Shown here: piece by piece, positions 1 through 10,601 of the stretch
Numbering within the stretch: position 1 is the first letter of the stretch
Layout: each line of letters begins with the position of its first letter
Assembly (NCBI GenBank): GCA_031425515.1
Contig: JANPJN010000808.1
Span: forward strand, 1-38,622
Length of the DNA: 38,622 nucleotides
DNA from: Acidobacteriota bacterium
GTDB lineage: Bacteria > Acidobacteriota > Vicinamibacteria > Vicinamibacterales > 2-12-FULL-66-21
Reading direction: 5' to 3'
Position numbers and translations under genes: made by a program
Notes under the pieces: model-generated
What the model was told of the DNA's origin: nothing
What the model saw: only the letters and a program-made list of their open reading frames with translations
The model's database searches: none

Positions 1-109
1 CGCCTCGCTCCTCCCCCTCGAAGACCGGCACCGCGAGCACGTCGGTGTCGATCTCGGCAGCCGGCGCGCGGCGGATCTTCACAGGGGGGACGAGGGCAAA
101 GGGAAACAT
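1..109 (-). CDS. Partial CDS (N-terminus only, runs off the left edge); possibly M17 leucyl aminopeptidase
   Basis: A minus-strand ATG at 109..107 opens a frame that stays open to the window edge (MFPFALVPPVKIRRAPAAEIDTDVLAVPVFEGEERG). The D-x-L-A-V-P-V-F-E-G pattern resembles the N-terminal domain of cytosol aminopeptidases. Only 36 codons are visible. Confidence 0.35.
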   Translation of the reverse strand, partial: MFPFALVPPVKIRRAPAAEIDTDVLAVPVFEGEERG

Positions 110-115
110 CCGGAG

Positions 116-121
116 ATTATA
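116..121 (-). promoter_or_regulatory. -10-like hexamer TATAAT six nt upstream of the ATG at 109 (leaderless-type geometry)
   Basis: The minus strand reads TATAAT-CTCCGG-ATG. There is no Shine-Dalgarno sequence between them. Confidence 0.3.
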
Positions 122-186
122 CGCAGGGACGGGGCGGGAGGGCCATGACGGGGTGCGCGGTGCGGGAGATTGCGTTCCCGGGCGTC

Positions 187-195
187 TGCTAGAAT
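187..195 (+). promoter_or_regulatory. Extended -10 promoter element TGcTAGAAT
   Basis: tgctagaat lies at 187-195, about 30 nt upstream of the ATG at 225. That ATG has a strong AGGAGG SD at 214-219. Confidence 0.35.
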
Positions 196-224
196 GGCGG
201 TGTTCCTACCCCCAGGAGGTCCCC

Positions 225-683
225 ATGCGCCTTTCTCCTCGCCGCTGCGCCACTGCGGTGATTTTAACGGCTGTCGTTGTCACCGGCGGCGCCCTCGGGG
301 CTCGCGATGCCGGGCAGGCGGCGGCCAAAAAGACCAAACCCTCGGTGACGCTCAAGGCTACGCCGATCGTGGTCTTCTCTCCGGCGCGCGTCGTGCTGAC
401 GGCGGATGTCCGGGGCGGAGACGACGACTTCCAGGATCTGTACTGCGCCACCGAGGAGTGGGACTGGGGCGACGATACGGTGTCGAAGAACACCGGCGAC
501 TGCGACCCCTACGAGGCCGGCAAGAGCACGATCAAGCGGCGCTTCTCGGCGGACCACACCTTCCAGACGGCCGGCGAGTATCGCGTGCAGTTCCGGCTGA
601 AGCAGAAGAACAAGGTCATCCTCAGCGGGACGACGGAAGTGAAGGTCCGCCCGGGGATTCGCGACAACACAGACATGCGCTGA
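225..683 (+). CDS. Small secreted PKD/Ig-like domain protein (152 aa)
   Basis: The ATG at 225 is preceded by AGGAGG; the track ORF from 45 is an upstream extension. The N-terminus is signal-peptide-like (MRLSPRRCATAVILTAVVVTGGALGA). A single beta-sandwich-like domain follows, with a WDWGDD motif typical of PKD domains. Confidence 0.7.
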   Translation: MRLSPRRCATAVILTAVVVTGGALGARDAGQAAAKKTKPSVTLKATPIVVFSPARVVLTADVRGGDDDFQDLYCATEEWDWGDDTVSKNTGDCDPYEAGKSTIKRRFSADHTFQTAGEYRVQFRLKQKNKVILSGTTEVKVRPGIRDNTDMR

Positions 684-705
684 GCGCGGCGCGGACGGCG
701 CCGTC

Positions 706-1158
706 TCAGGCCATCGCGGTCATCGGCACGGGCCGGTACCGGCCATCCTCCAGCCGGTACGCCCGCACGTCAGGGTCATCAGGCGTGGCGAGCGACACGA
801 TCAGGTAGAGGAACGCCGGGTCCTGCGCTTCGCTGAGGTCGGTGGCAGACGGCACGGCCGGCGAGCGGGGGTGCGAGTGGTACGCGCCGACGACCGTGCG
901 CCCTTCCCTCCTGGCCCTGCGGATCGCCGCGAAGTGGTCGGCCGGATCGATTTGATAGGTCGTGTGCCCGTCGCGGACGTTGCGCGCCTGAACGGCCTCC
1001 TCGAGGACGCCATGGGCGCCAATCAGCAGTCCACAGCATTCGCGCGGCGCGGCCTCGACCGCGTGGGCAATGATCGCCGCCCGCACCGCGGCGCGGATCC
1101 CCACGCCTTCAGCATCGGACCCTGGTGCCGGGCAGTCGGCATCAGCCTCCGCATTCAT
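706..1158 (-). CDS. JAMM/MPN+ family metallopeptidase (Mov34/MPN/PAD-1), 150 aa
   Basis: PRECCGLLIG plus AYHSHPRSPAVPSATD gives the complete E...HxH-x7-S-x2-D JAMM zinc-isopeptidase signature. Its ATG overlaps the upstream stop as ATGA (1155-1158). Confidence 0.85.
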   Translation of the reverse strand: MNAEADADCPAPGSDAEGVGIRAAVRAAIIAHAVEAAPRECCGLLIGAHGVLEEAVQARNVRDGHTTYQIDPADHFAAIRRARREGRTVVGAYHSHPRSPAVPSATDLSEAQDPAFLYLIVSLATPDDPDVRAYRLEDGRYRPVPMTAMA

Positions 1159-3107
1159 TCACGTAACTCCGGACGGTCGCGAAACTCGTCGAGCGCCTCG
1201 GGGTTCGCGAGCGCTTCCAGGTTCCGGATCTCGCGGCCGTGCACGGCGTCCCGCACGGCGATCTCGACAATCTTTCCGCTCCGCGTCCGGGGGATGTCGG
1301 CGACCTGCACGATGCGCGCGGGCACGTGGCGTGGGGTCGCGTTCGTGCGGATGTGGTCGCGGATGGCCCGCTCCAGCTCCGGCGTCAGCGCAACGCCGTC
1401 GCGCAGCCGGACGAACAGCACGATCCGCTCGTCGTTCTCCCAGCGCTGGCCGACGACCAGGCTCTCGACGATCTCGCCCAACTGATCGACCTGGCGATAG
1501 ATCTCGGCCGTGCCGATCCGGACACCGCCCGGATTGAGGACCGCGTCGGACCGTCCGTGGATGATCACTCCGTCATGCACCGTGAGCTCGGCGTAGTCGC
1601 CGTGATGCCAGATGCCGGGGTACTTCTCGAAGTAGGCCGAGCGGTACTTCTCGCCGCCGGGGTCATTCCAGAATCCGACCGGCATCGACGGAAACGGCAT
1701 GGTGCAGACGAGCTCCCCCTTTCCGCGGGCCAGCGGCCGGCCCGCCTCGTCGAAGACATCCACCTTCATGCCCAGGCCCCGGGCCTGAATCTCGCCGCTC
1801 CAGACGGGTCCGATCGGGTTGCCGAGCACGAAGCAGCTGACGATGTCGGTGCCGCCGGAGATGGACGCGAGGTGCAGGTCGGGCTTGATGTGCTCGTACA
1901 CGAACGCGAAGCTCTCCGGCGCCAGCGGCGAGCCGGTGGACGTCATCGTGCGCAGCGCGTCGAGGCGATGCGTCCCGCGCGGCGAGAGGCCGGCCTTGGC
2001 GACGGCGTCGACGAATCGGGCGGAGGTCCCGAAGAACGTCATGCCGGTCTCGTCGGCGAAATCGAACAGCGTGTTGCCGTCGGGATGGAAGGGGGAACCG
2101 TCATACAGCAGAACCGTAGCCTCGGACGCGAGCGTCGTCAGCAGCCAGTTCCACATCATCCAGCCGCAGGTCGTGAAGTAGAACACGCGATCGCCCCGCT
2201 GGATGTCGCAGTGGAGCTGGTGCTCCTTCAGATGCTGCAGCAGCGTGCCGCCCGCGCCATGGACGATGCACTTCGGGACGCCGGTGGTGCCGGACGAGTA
2301 GAGGACGTAAAGGGGATGGTCGAACGGGAAGCGCGTGAACTCGAGCGGGGTCGGGCTGGCGGCGCCCAGGAAGTCGGCCCATGCCACGCCGTGCGGAATT
2401 GCCCGGATGTCGTGATCGGGGTCCACGTAGGGCACGACGACGGTGTGCTCGACGGAGGGCAGATGCGCGAGGATGTCGGCCAGGCGCGGCAGGAGCGGAT
2501 GCGTGCGGCCCGCGTAGAAGTAGCCGTCTGGCGCGACGAGGACGCGCGGTGCGGTCTGCCCGAACCGGTCCAGCACGCCCTGGACGCCGAAGTCCGGTGA
2601 GCATGATGTCCACACCGCGCCGATGGCCGCGGCACCGAGAGCGGCGACGATCGCTTCGGGCATGTTGGGCATGTACCCCGCGACCCTGTCCCCCGCTCGT
2701 ATGCCGGCGTGCTGCAGGGCCGACGCGAAGCGGCCGACGTCGGCGAAGAGCTCCGCGTGCGAGACGACGCGCCGCCGTACGCCTTCGCCGTTGAAGATGA
2801 GAGCGGCCTCTGCGTCGCGCCGCCGCAGCACGTTCTCGGTGAAGTTGAGCCGCGCCTCCGGGAAGAACCGCGCCCCGGGCATCGGTTCGAGGTTCACGAC
2901 CGCCGGCTCCCCCGGGTCGCCGATCACGCCGCAGAACGTCCACAGCGCCGACCAGAAGTCCGCTGGCCGCTCGATCGAAAATCGCCACAGGGCCGCGTAG
3001 TCGTTGCCCGTGAGCCCGTAGCGCTCCTGCAGCCCCTGGATAAACGTGGTGATGCGCGCGCGGGCGACGCGCGCCGCCGACGGAGTCCACAGCGGCGAGG
3101 ACGACAC
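1155..3107 (-). CDS. aacS: Acetoacetate-CoA ligase (acetoacetyl-CoA synthetase)
   Basis: Collinear with acetoacetyl-CoA synthetases along its whole length (PLWTPS, ARFFPEARLNF, SSGTTGVPKCIVH, FYFTTCGWMMWNW, HGRSDAVLNPGGVRIGTAEIY, IPRTRSGKIVE). I placed the start at GTG 3107 (VSSSPLWTP, 650 aa), because the track start at 3260 would overlap tyrA. Confidence 0.9.
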   Translation of the reverse strand: MSSSPLWTPSAARVARARITTFIQGLQERYGLTGNDYAALWRFSIERPADFWSALWTFCGVIGDPGEPAVVNLEPMPGARFFPEARLNFTENVLRRRDAEAALIFNGEGVRRRVVSHAELFADVGRFASALQHAGIRAGDRVAGYMPNMPEAIVAALGAAAIGAVWTSCSPDFGVQGVLDRFGQTAPRVLVAPDGYFYAGRTHPLLPRLADILAHLPSVEHTVVVPYVDPDHDIRAIPHGVAWADFLGAASPTPLEFTRFPFDHPLYVLYSSGTTGVPKCIVHGAGGTLLQHLKEHQLHCDIQRGDRVFYFTTCGWMMWNWLLTTLASEATVLLYDGSPFHPDGNTLFDFADETGMTFFGTSARFVDAVAKAGLSPRGTHRLDALRTMTSTGSPLAPESFAFVYEHIKPDLHLASISGGTDIVSCFVLGNPIGPVWSGEIQARGLGMKVDVFDEAGRPLARGKGELVCTMPFPSMPVGFWNDPGGEKYRSAYFEKYPGIWHHGDYAELTVHDGVIIHGRSDAVLNPGGVRIGTAEIYRQVDQLGEIVESLVVGQRWENDERIVLFVRLRDGVALTPELERAIRDHIRTNATPRHVPARIVQVADIPRTRSGKIVEIAVRDAVHGREIRNLEALANPEALDEFRDRPELRE

Positions 3108-3113
3108 GTCTGC

Positions 3114-3119
3114 AGTATA
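3114..3119 (-). promoter_or_regulatory. -10-like hexamer TATACT six nt upstream of the aacS GTG (leaderless-type geometry)
   Basis: The minus strand reads TATACT-GCAGAC-GTG, in the 34-nt gap after the tyrA stop. No SD is present. Confidence 0.3.
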
Positions 3120-3141
3120 CCGGGGGGTCCGGCGGGGATCG

Positions 3142-4047
3142 TCAGCCGCGGTCGGCGGCGCGCTCGAGCACGCGCTTCCATGCGGCGGCCGACTCGAACG
3201 TGGCGTCGAGCGCGTCCGCCTGACCGCCGCGGGACGGCTGCATGCGGCGCAGGACGGCAATCAGCTCGTCGATTGCCTCCGAAATGTTCTCCGGGTTCGA
3301 TGCCGCGATGTCGCGCCAGATATCGGCGGGGCTCGACGCGAGCCGCGTCGTGTCGCGCAGCCCTCGCCCGGCCAGCGCGAGCCCGTTCTCGCCGGCATGT
3401 TCACCGACGACGTGCATCAGCGCGCTTGCCGCCAGTTGCGGGAGGTGGCTCAGGTACGCGGCCAGCGTGTCGTGGGCCTCGGCCGTCATGGTCTGGACTG
3501 CGCCTCCGACGGCGTCGATCACCGTCCGCAGCCGCGCCGCCGCGGCGTCGGATGCGGGGCCGTCCGGCGTCAGCACCCAGGGGCGCCCCCTGAACAGGTC
3601 CGGCCTGGCGGACTCCACGCCGCCAACGGCGGCGCCCGCCAGCGGATGTCCGCCGACGAACGTCAGTCGCCCTGGCAGCGTCCGCGCGGCGGCGACGATG
3701 TCGCGCTTGGTGCTGCCGACATCCGTGACGATCGCGTCGCCGGGCACGTGGTCGGGCAGCTCGCGCAGGATGGCGATGTTGGCCAGCACCGGCGCCGCGA
3801 GCATGATCAGGTCCGCCTCGGCGGTCAGCACGAGATCGTCGCCCCCCACGTCCGCCGCGTGCATGCGCATCGCGGTTTCGACGACCGGGCGCCGGTCCAC
3901 GGCAATCACGAGCGACGTGGGCCAGAGCTCCCGCACGGCGAGCGCGAACGACGCCCCCATCAGCCCGAAGCCCACCACCGCCACCCGTGCAAACGGAGGC
4001 TCCGCGCCCCCGTCCACCTCCGCCATCGGCAGTCGCTTCGCCATCAC
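3142..4047 (-). CDS. tyrA: Prephenate (or arogenate) dehydrogenase
   Basis: Rossmann motif VAVVGFGLMGASFA, DVGSTK and GGHPLAG motifs, and a C-terminal helical dimerisation domain. The start could instead be the internal Met (MAEVDGG). Confidence 0.85.
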   Translation of the reverse strand: MMAKRLPMAEVDGGAEPPFARVAVVGFGLMGASFALAVRELWPTSLVIAVDRRPVVETAMRMHAADVGGDDLVLTAEADLIMLAAPVLANIAILRELPDHVPGDAIVTDVGSTKRDIVAAARTLPGRLTFVGGHPLAGAAVGGVESARPDLFRGRPWVLTPDGPASDAAAARLRTVIDAVGGAVQTMTAEAHDTLAAYLSHLPQLAASALMHVVGEHAGENGLALAGRGLRDTTRLASSPADIWRDIAASNPENISEAIDELIAVLRRMQPSRGGQADALDATFESAAAWKRVLERAADRG

Positions 4048-4084
4048 GCTTCGGCGTCCTGCGTCCGGTCCGACCGGACGCGTG

Positions 4085-5134
<1,050 letters not shown>

Positions 5135-5193
5135 GATGACCTTCTATCGCAAATCCGAATTACAAGGGGCAGCGAAGGGCTGCCGGCGTTCAG

Positions 5194-5532
5194 CTATTCC
5201 GCAGCCGGCTTCCCCGCCCGGCCCTCCGGTGACCCGACTCCCTCTGCGGCGTCCGCAATCCGTTCCAGCCGCCGCGCTTCGTCGATGATCCGCTCGAACA
5301 GCCGCTTCACGGCGCTGTCGTCGAGCGGGCCGGCATTGATCTGCTGGACGTGCCGCAGGACGTCCGCCTCGCGACCCGGCTGATAGACCTCGAGCCCGGC
5401 GAGCTTCTTCTCGTGCCCGATAGCCAGCGCACACCCGGCGCGGGCGTTCAGCAGGGCGACGAGTTGCTCGTCGATCTCGTCGATCTTCCGCCGCAGCGCA
5501 TCGAGCTGGGTCACAGCGCGCTCTTCAGCCAT
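5194..5532 (-). CDS. Chorismate mutase, AroQ class (112 aa)
   Basis: LDALRRKIDEIDEQLVALLNARAGCALAIGHEKK....READVLRHV...LFERIIDEARRLE is the AroQ helical pattern. I placed the start at ATG 5532 (MAEERAV). The track ORF start at 5637 lies inside trpA. Confidence 0.85.
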   Translation of the reverse strand: MAEERAVTQLDALRRKIDEIDEQLVALLNARAGCALAIGHEKKLAGLEVYQPGREADVLRHVQQINAGPLDDSAVKRLFERIIDEARRLERIADAAEGVGSPEGRAGKPAAE

Positions 5533-6302
5533 CGCACGTACTCGCCCGCCCTGTGCGGGAGGTCGGGCTCCCCCGCGTGGTCCGCGAGCATCTGCACGAG
5601 CGCACTGCCGACGACCGCCGCATCGGCGGACTCGCACGCGCGCGCCACGTGCGCCGGGGACGAGATGCCGAAGCCGACGGCGACGGGCAGGTCCGACTGG
5701 GCGCGGACCCGGCCGACGAGCGTGCTCACATCGGACGCCATGTCGTCTCGCACCCCGGTCACCCCCATGCGCGAGATCACATAGAGGAACCCCTGCCCCA
5801 GCTCCCCCGACCGGCGGATCCGTTCGTCGGTCGTCGTCGGGCTGATCAGAAAGACGGGATCGAGCCCCTCGGCGACCATCGGCGCCCGGAGCGGCTCGGC
5901 CTCTTCGACGGGATAGTCGAGAATCAGGACGCCGTCCACACCCGCCGCCCGCGCGCTTCGCGCGAAGACCGCCGCATCCATCCGGAGGACGGGGTTGGCG
6001 TAGGTGAAGAGCACGATCGGCGTGTCCACCTCCTGCCGCACCGCGGCGACGACGTCCAGCGTGCCACGCAGCGTCGTGCCGCCGGCAATCGCCCGCTCGG
6101 TCGCCCGCTGGATGACGGGCCCGTCGGCCAGCGGGTCCGAGAACGGGACGCCGACCTCGAGGATGTCCGCGCCCGCACGCGCGATCTCGATCAGGATGCG
6201 CACCGAGGCCTGCCGATTCGGATCGCCCGCCGTCACATACGTGACCAGCCCTCCGCGTCCGCGCGCGCGCATGTCGCGAAAGGTCGCGTCAAGGCGCGAC
6301 AT
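5511..6302 (-). CDS. trpA: Tryptophan synthase alpha chain
   Basis: Motifs [41 protein letters not shown] and VGFGIS. Confidence 0.95.
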   Translation of the reverse strand: MSRLDATFRDMRARGRGGLVTYVTAGDPNRQASVRILIEIARAGADILEVGVPFSDPLADGPVIQRATERAIAGGTTLRGTLDVVAAVRQEVDTPIVLFTYANPVLRMDAAVFARSARAAGVDGVLILDYPVEEAEPLRAPMVAEGLDPVFLISPTTTDERIRRSGELGQGFLYVISRMGVTGVRDDMASDVSTLVGRVRAQSDLPVAVGFGISSPAHVARACESADAAVVGSALVQMLADHAGEPDLPHRAGEYVRWLKSAL

Positions 6303-7527
6303 GCGGCTCCCCGGCGGCCTGCCCGGCCGCGTCCAGCGCCTTGCGGATGCTCATCACGTCCTTGTCGCCGCGGCCGGAGAGATTCACGATCAGGATCGCT
6401 TCCCGACCCATCGTCGGCGCCAGCCGCAGCGCGTGCGCAATGGCGTGCGACGACTCCAGCGCGGCGAGAATGCCCTCCTCGCGGGCCAGGCGCTGAAACG
6501 CGCGCAGCGCGTCATCGTCGTCCACCCAGGTGTACTCCGCGCGCGCCGAGTCGTGGAGCCAGGCATGTTCGGGACCGACCGACGCGTAGTCGAGGCCGGC
6601 GGAGATGGAATGCGTCAGCTCGATGTTGCCGTCCTCGTCCTGCAGCACGTAGCTCCGGGTCCCCTGGAGCACGCCTGAACTGCCCCCGGCGAAGCGCGCG
6701 GCATGCTCTCCCGGCCGGATGCCGCGACCTCCCGCCTCGACGCCGATGAGCCGGACCGAGGCGTCCGCGATGAAGGCATCGAAGATGCCCATGGCGTTGC
6801 TGCCGCCGCCAACGCAGGCGACGATGGCGTCGGGGAGACGGCCGAGGGCCTCGAGACACTGGGCGCGGGTTTCCTGCCCGATGACGGACTGGAACTCGCG
6901 CACCATGAGGGGATAGGGATGCGGGCCGAGCACGGAGCCGAGCAGGTAGTAGCTGTGCTCGACGTTGGTGACCCAGTCGCGCATCGCTTCGTTGATCGCG
7001 TCCTTGAGCGTACGCGCGCCCGCGTCCACGCGCCGGACCGTCGCGCCCAGTAGTTGCATCCGGAACACGTTGAGCGACTGGCGCTCCATGTCTTCGGCGC
7101 CCATGTAGACGTCGCACTCGAGGCCGAGCAGCGCGCAGACAGTAGCGGTCGCGACGCCGTGCTGGCCCGCACCGGTTTCGGCAATCACGCGTCGCTTGCC
7201 CATGCGCTGGGCGAGCAGCGCCTGGCCGAGCGCGTTGTTGATCTTGTGTGCGCCCGTGTGGGCGAGATCCTCGCGCTTGAAGAAGATGCGCGCGCCGCCG
7301 AGCGTCTCGGAGAGCCGCCGGGCCTCGTAGAGCGGCGTCGCGCGGCCAACGTAGTCGCGGAGCAGCCGGGCGAGCGTCTCGCGAAACGCCGGGTCGGTGC
7401 GGGCCTCGAAGTAGGCGCGCTGAAGCTCCTCGACCGGCGCGACGAGCGTTTCCGGCACGAATCGCCCGCCGTAGGCGCCGTAGTAGCCCCGTGCATCGGG
7501 GTCGCGGTGTCCGAACGATGGTTGCAT
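6289..7527 (-). CDS. trpB: Tryptophan synthase beta chain
   Basis: Motifs [13 protein letters not shown], the [12 protein letters not shown]-lysine motif, [12 protein letters not shown] and GGGSNAMG. I placed the start at ATG 7527 (MQPSFG, 412 aa). The 574-aa track ORF is an upstream extension through trpF. Confidence 0.95.
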   Translation of the reverse strand: MQPSFGHRDPDARGYYGAYGGRFVPETLVAPVEELQRAYFEARTDPAFRETLARLLRDYVGRATPLYEARRLSETLGGARIFFKREDLAHTGAHKINNALGQALLAQRMGKRRVIAETGAGQHGVATATVCALLGLECDVYMGAEDMERQSLNVFRMQLLGATVRRVDAGARTLKDAINEAMRDWVTNVEHSYYLLGSVLGPHPYPLMVREFQSVIGQETRAQCLEALGRLPDAIVACVGGGSNAMGIFDAFIADASVRLIGVEAGGRGIRPGEHAARFAGGSSGVLQGTRSYVLQDEDGNIELTHSISAGLDYASVGPEHAWLHDSARAEYTWVDDDDALRAFQRLAREEGILAALESSHAIAHALRLAPTMGREAILIVNLSGRGDKDVMSIRKALDAAGQAAGEPHVAP

Positions 7528-7538
7528 GGTCCTTTTGC

Positions 7539-8201
7539 CTATCCTGAATGGGCCGGCGCGTGGGCGGCGCGCGCGAGCGCGGCGAAGAAGGCGCGCAGGG
7601 CCGCAGCGTCCTTCTCCCCCGGCGCCGATTCGACGCCCGATGAGACGTCCAGCATGAACGGGCGGACAGTCGCGGCCGCTTCCGCGACGTTGCCTGGCGT
7701 CAGCCCTCCCGACAGAATCGTCCGGCGGCGGGCAGCGACGTCTGCGGCCGCGGTCCAGTCGATCGTGCGGCCCGTGCCGCCCCGCCGCACGGGATCGTGC
7801 GCGTCGAGCAGCACGGTCACGGCGTCCGGCACCCGATCCACGACCGAGGGGTCGAAGGCTGACGGCACGGGTACCGCCTTGATGAGGGTCAGCCCCAGCG
7901 GCTGATAGTCCGCGACCGCCTCGATTCCGTGGAGCTGCACGACGGTGATGCCGCTGCGCTTCGCGACCTCGGCGACGTGCGCCGCGGACTGATCGACGAA
8001 GACGCCCACGCACTGTACGCCGGGCGGCAGCGCCGCCGCGATCGCGCCCGCCGCCTCGGGTTCGATGAAGCGGGCGCTGCCCGGCCAGAAGACAAAGCCG
8101 ATGGCCGCCGCCCCCAGCTCCACGGCCAGCGTCGCATCGGCCAGCCTGCGAATGCCGCAGACCTTGACGCGCGGCGGCATGCCGGGCATCAGCGGCCGCA
8201 T
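7539..8201 (-). CDS. trpF: Phosphoribosylanthranilate isomerase
   Basis: Motifs [27 protein letters not shown] and [11 protein letters not shown]. The start is ambiguous among in-frame ATGs at 8201, 8189 (TGATG with the trpC stop) and 8180. Confidence 0.85.
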   Translation of the reverse strand: MRPLMPGMPPRVKVCGIRRLADATLAVELGAAAIGFVFWPGSARFIEPEAAGAIAAALPPGVQCVGVFVDQSAAHVAEVAKRSGITVVQLHGIEAVADYQPLGLTLIKAVPVPSAFDPSVVDRVPDAVTVLLDAHDPVRRGGTGRTIDWTAAADVAARRRTILSGGLTPGNVAEAAATVRPFMLDVSSGVESAPGEKDAAALRAFFAALARAAHAPAHSG

Positions 8202-9013
8202 AGTTCCCTCAGGGCGCGACCGGGGTCGGGCTGGGCAATCAGGCGCTCCCCGACGAGAAAGGCGTGATAGCCCGCGCTGGAGAGCCGCGTCAGATCGGAG
8301 GCGGACCGGATCCCGCTCTCCGCGACGGCCGTGACGCCCTCGGGCAGACGGGCGGCGACGGCGTCGAGGACTGCCATGTCCACCTCCAGCGTCCGGAGGT
8401 TCCGGCTGTTGACGCCGATGATGCGGGCGCCCGCATCGACCGCGCGTTCCATCTCTTCCACGCTGTGCGCCTCGACTAGCACCGAAAGCCCCAGGCGCCC
8501 GGCGGCCTGCATCAACGCGGTGAGATCGGCCTGGTCGAGCGCGCTCACAATGAGCAGTGCCGCGTCCGCTCCGAGCACGGCGGCTTCGATCAGTTGATAC
8601 TCCGAGATGATGAAGTCCTTGCGCAGCAGCGGGAGATCCACCGCGGCGCGCACGTCCCGAAGGTGCTGCGGGTCGCCGTCGAAGAAGGTCGGCTCGGTCA
8701 GCACCGAAATCGCGACGGCGCCGGCGTCCGCATACGCTCGCGCATGGGCGGCAGGATGGTAGTCCTGACGCAGGATCCCTCTCGATGGGGACCGGCGCTT
8801 GCACTCGGCGATGATCCGCGCGCGCTGCGGCAGCCCGCGATTCGCGTCCTCCGTGCCACGAAGCGCCGACTCGAACGCCTCGCCCCTCGGCTCGCGCGTC
8901 TGGTGTCGGGCAAGGGCAGCGGCCGGGCGTGCGGCTTCGCGGACGTCTACGATGCGGCGGGTCGCGGCGACGATCGTCGCCAGCAGGTCCCCGTGCTGGA
9001 CCGCCGGCGTCAT
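8189..9013 (-). CDS. trpC: Indole-3-glycerol-phosphate synthase
   Basis: Motifs [46 protein letters not shown] and FLVGE. The ATG at 9013 overlaps the trpD stop (ATGA). Confidence 0.92.
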   Translation of the reverse strand: MTPAVQHGDLLATIVAATRRIVDVREAARPAAALARHQTREPRGEAFESALRGTEDANRGLPQRARIIAECKRRSPSRGILRQDYHPAAHARAYADAGAVAISVLTEPTFFDGDPQHLRDVRAAVDLPLLRKDFIISEYQLIEAAVLGADAALLIVSALDQADLTALMQAAGRLGLSVLVEAHSVEEMERAVDAGARIIGVNSRNLRTLEVDMAVLDAVAARLPEGVTAVAESGIRSASDLTRLSSAGYHAFLVGERLIAQPDPGRALRELCGR

Positions 9014-10044
9014 GACGCGGCCGCCGATCTCCCGCCCACCGAGGTCGCGACCAGCCGGGCGAGCACCTCGCGCGCGCGCCCGCTGTCGATCGCCTCGGCG
9101 GCCCGTGCAATCCCCAGCGGAATCGTGGCGGCCTCTCCGGCGATGAGCAGCGCCGCGGCCGCGTTCAGCAGGACGATGTCGCGCGCCGGACCCGTGCGGC
9201 CGTCGAGGATCGCCCTGGCGATCGCGGCGTTCTCGGCGGCGTCTCCGCCCTGCAGATCGGCGGGCATGGCCCGGGGCACCCCGAAGTCTGCGGGGTGCAC
9301 GTAGAAGGTGTTGACGGCGCCGCCGCGGCACTCCGAGACTTTCGTGTAGCCCGTGGTGGAGATCTCGTCGAGCCCATCGGCGCCGTGGACGACCCAGGCG
9401 CGATCGGATCCGAGCAGCGCGAGCGATCGCGCGACCAGCTCCGTGAACTCCGGCCGCGGAACGCCGACGAGCTGGCGGGTGGCCCCGGCCGGATTGGTGA
9501 GCGGCCCGAGCAGATTGAACGCCGTCCGCACGCCGAGGTCGCGGCGCGCCTGCGCGGCATGCTTCATCGACGGATGGAAAATGGGTGCGAAGAAGAATGC
9601 GATTCCCGCGGTGGTGAGGCACTCCTCCACCACCGGCGGAGGGGCGGCCACTTCGACGCCGAGCGCCTCGAACAGATCCGCGCTGCCGCACCGGCTCGAG
9701 ACCGATCGATTGCCGTGTTTCGCGACCTGCACCCCACAGGCTGCGAGCACCAGAGCCGAGACGGTCGAGACATTGAACGTGCCGGCCCGATCGCCACCCG
9801 TGCCGCACGTATCGAAGACCGGCCCGTGATCGCGTGACAGGCGCGCGGCCCGGCTCCGCATGGCCCGCGCCAGGCCGACGATCTCCGACGGACGCTCCCC
9901 CTTCATCGTCAGGCCCACGAGGAACCCGGCGATCTGCGCCGGCTGGGCGCGGCCGTCCATGATCTCGGCCATGGCCGACGCCGCCTCATCGGTCGTGAGG
10001 TCTTCGCGGCGCTGCAGCTTTTCGATCAGAGCGGCAAACATCAC
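9010..10044 (-). CDS. trpD: Anthranilate phosphoribosyltransferase
   Basis: Motifs [33 protein letters not shown] and NLLGPLTNP. The start is GTG 10044 or the adjacent ATG 10041; both overlap the trpG stop. Confidence 0.93.
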   Translation of the reverse strand: MMFAALIEKLQRREDLTTDEAASAMAEIMDGRAQPAQIAGFLVGLTMKGERPSEIVGLARAMRSRAARLSRDHGPVFDTCGTGGDRAGTFNVSTVSALVLAACGVQVAKHGNRSVSSRCGSADLFEALGVEVAAPPPVVEECLTTAGIAFFFAPIFHPSMKHAAQARRDLGVRTAFNLLGPLTNPAGATRQLVGVPRPEFTELVARSLALLGSDRAWVVHGADGLDEISTTGYTKVSECRGGAVNTFYVHPADFGVPRAMPADLQGGDAAENAAIARAILDGRTGPARDIVLLNAAAALLIAGEAATIPLGIARAAEAIDSGRAREVLARLVATSVGGRSAAAS

Positions 10045-10601
10045 AGATCCAGGAAATTCCGGAGCAGGCGGCGCCCCTCGTCTGTAAGCACCGATTCGGG
10101 ATGGAACTGCACGCCGTGGACCGGGAAGGTCCGGTGCCGCAGGCCCATGATCGTTCCGTCTTCGCTGTGCGCGGCGGCCTCGAGCACGTCGGGCAGGGGC
10201 TCGGCGACGACCAGCGAATGGTAGCGGCCGGCCACGAACGGATGCGACACGCCCTGGAAGACGCCGCGTCCATCGTGCTCGATTGACGACACCTTGCCGT
10301 GCATCAGCTCTCCCGCGCGGACGACCTGCCCGCCGAAGGCGATGCCGATGCTCTGGTGCCCGAGGCAGACGCCGAGCAGCGGGATGGTCGGCCCGAACCG
10401 GCGGATGGTCTCCACCGAGATGCCGGCCTCTTCCGGTCGGCCGGGCCCCGGCGAGATCACGATCCGCTCGGGCGCGAGCGACGCGACCTCGTCCAGCGTG
10501 ATCTCGTCGTTGCGCCTGACGAGGATCTCCGCGCCGAGCTCGCCGAAGTACTGCGCGAGGTTGTAGGTGAACGAGTCGTAGTTATCGATCAGCAGCAGCA
10601 T
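10041..10601 (-). CDS. trpG: Anthranilate synthase component II (glutamine amidotransferase)
   Basis: Motifs [13 protein letters not shown], the [10 protein letters not shown] catalytic Cys, and GVQFHPES. Confidence 0.93.
   Translation of the reverse strand: MLLLIDNYDSFTYNLAQYFGELGAEILVRRNDEITLDEVASLAPERIVISPGPGRPEEAGISVETIRRFGPTIPLLGVCLGHQSIGIAFGGQVVRAGELMHGKVSSIEHDGRGVFQGVSHPFVAGRYHSLVVAEPLPDVLEAAAHSEDGTIMGLRHRTFPVHGVQFHPESVLTDEGRRLLRNFLDL

Noticed and set aside
687-703. A GC hairpin (CGGCGC-GGACG-GCGCCG) between the convergent PKD and JAMM genes, considered as a bidirectional terminator.
   Set aside because: It has only a 6-bp stem and no U tract on either strand. It could be a weak or factor-dependent terminator, but the sequence alone does not support a call.
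4063-4079. Short GC hairpins in the two internal gaps of the supraoperon (4063-4079 and 5168-5184), considered as internal terminators or attenuators.
   Set aside because: They have 6-bp stems without U tracts and no associated leader ORF or conserved motif that I can see. I mention them only as possible processing or stability elements.
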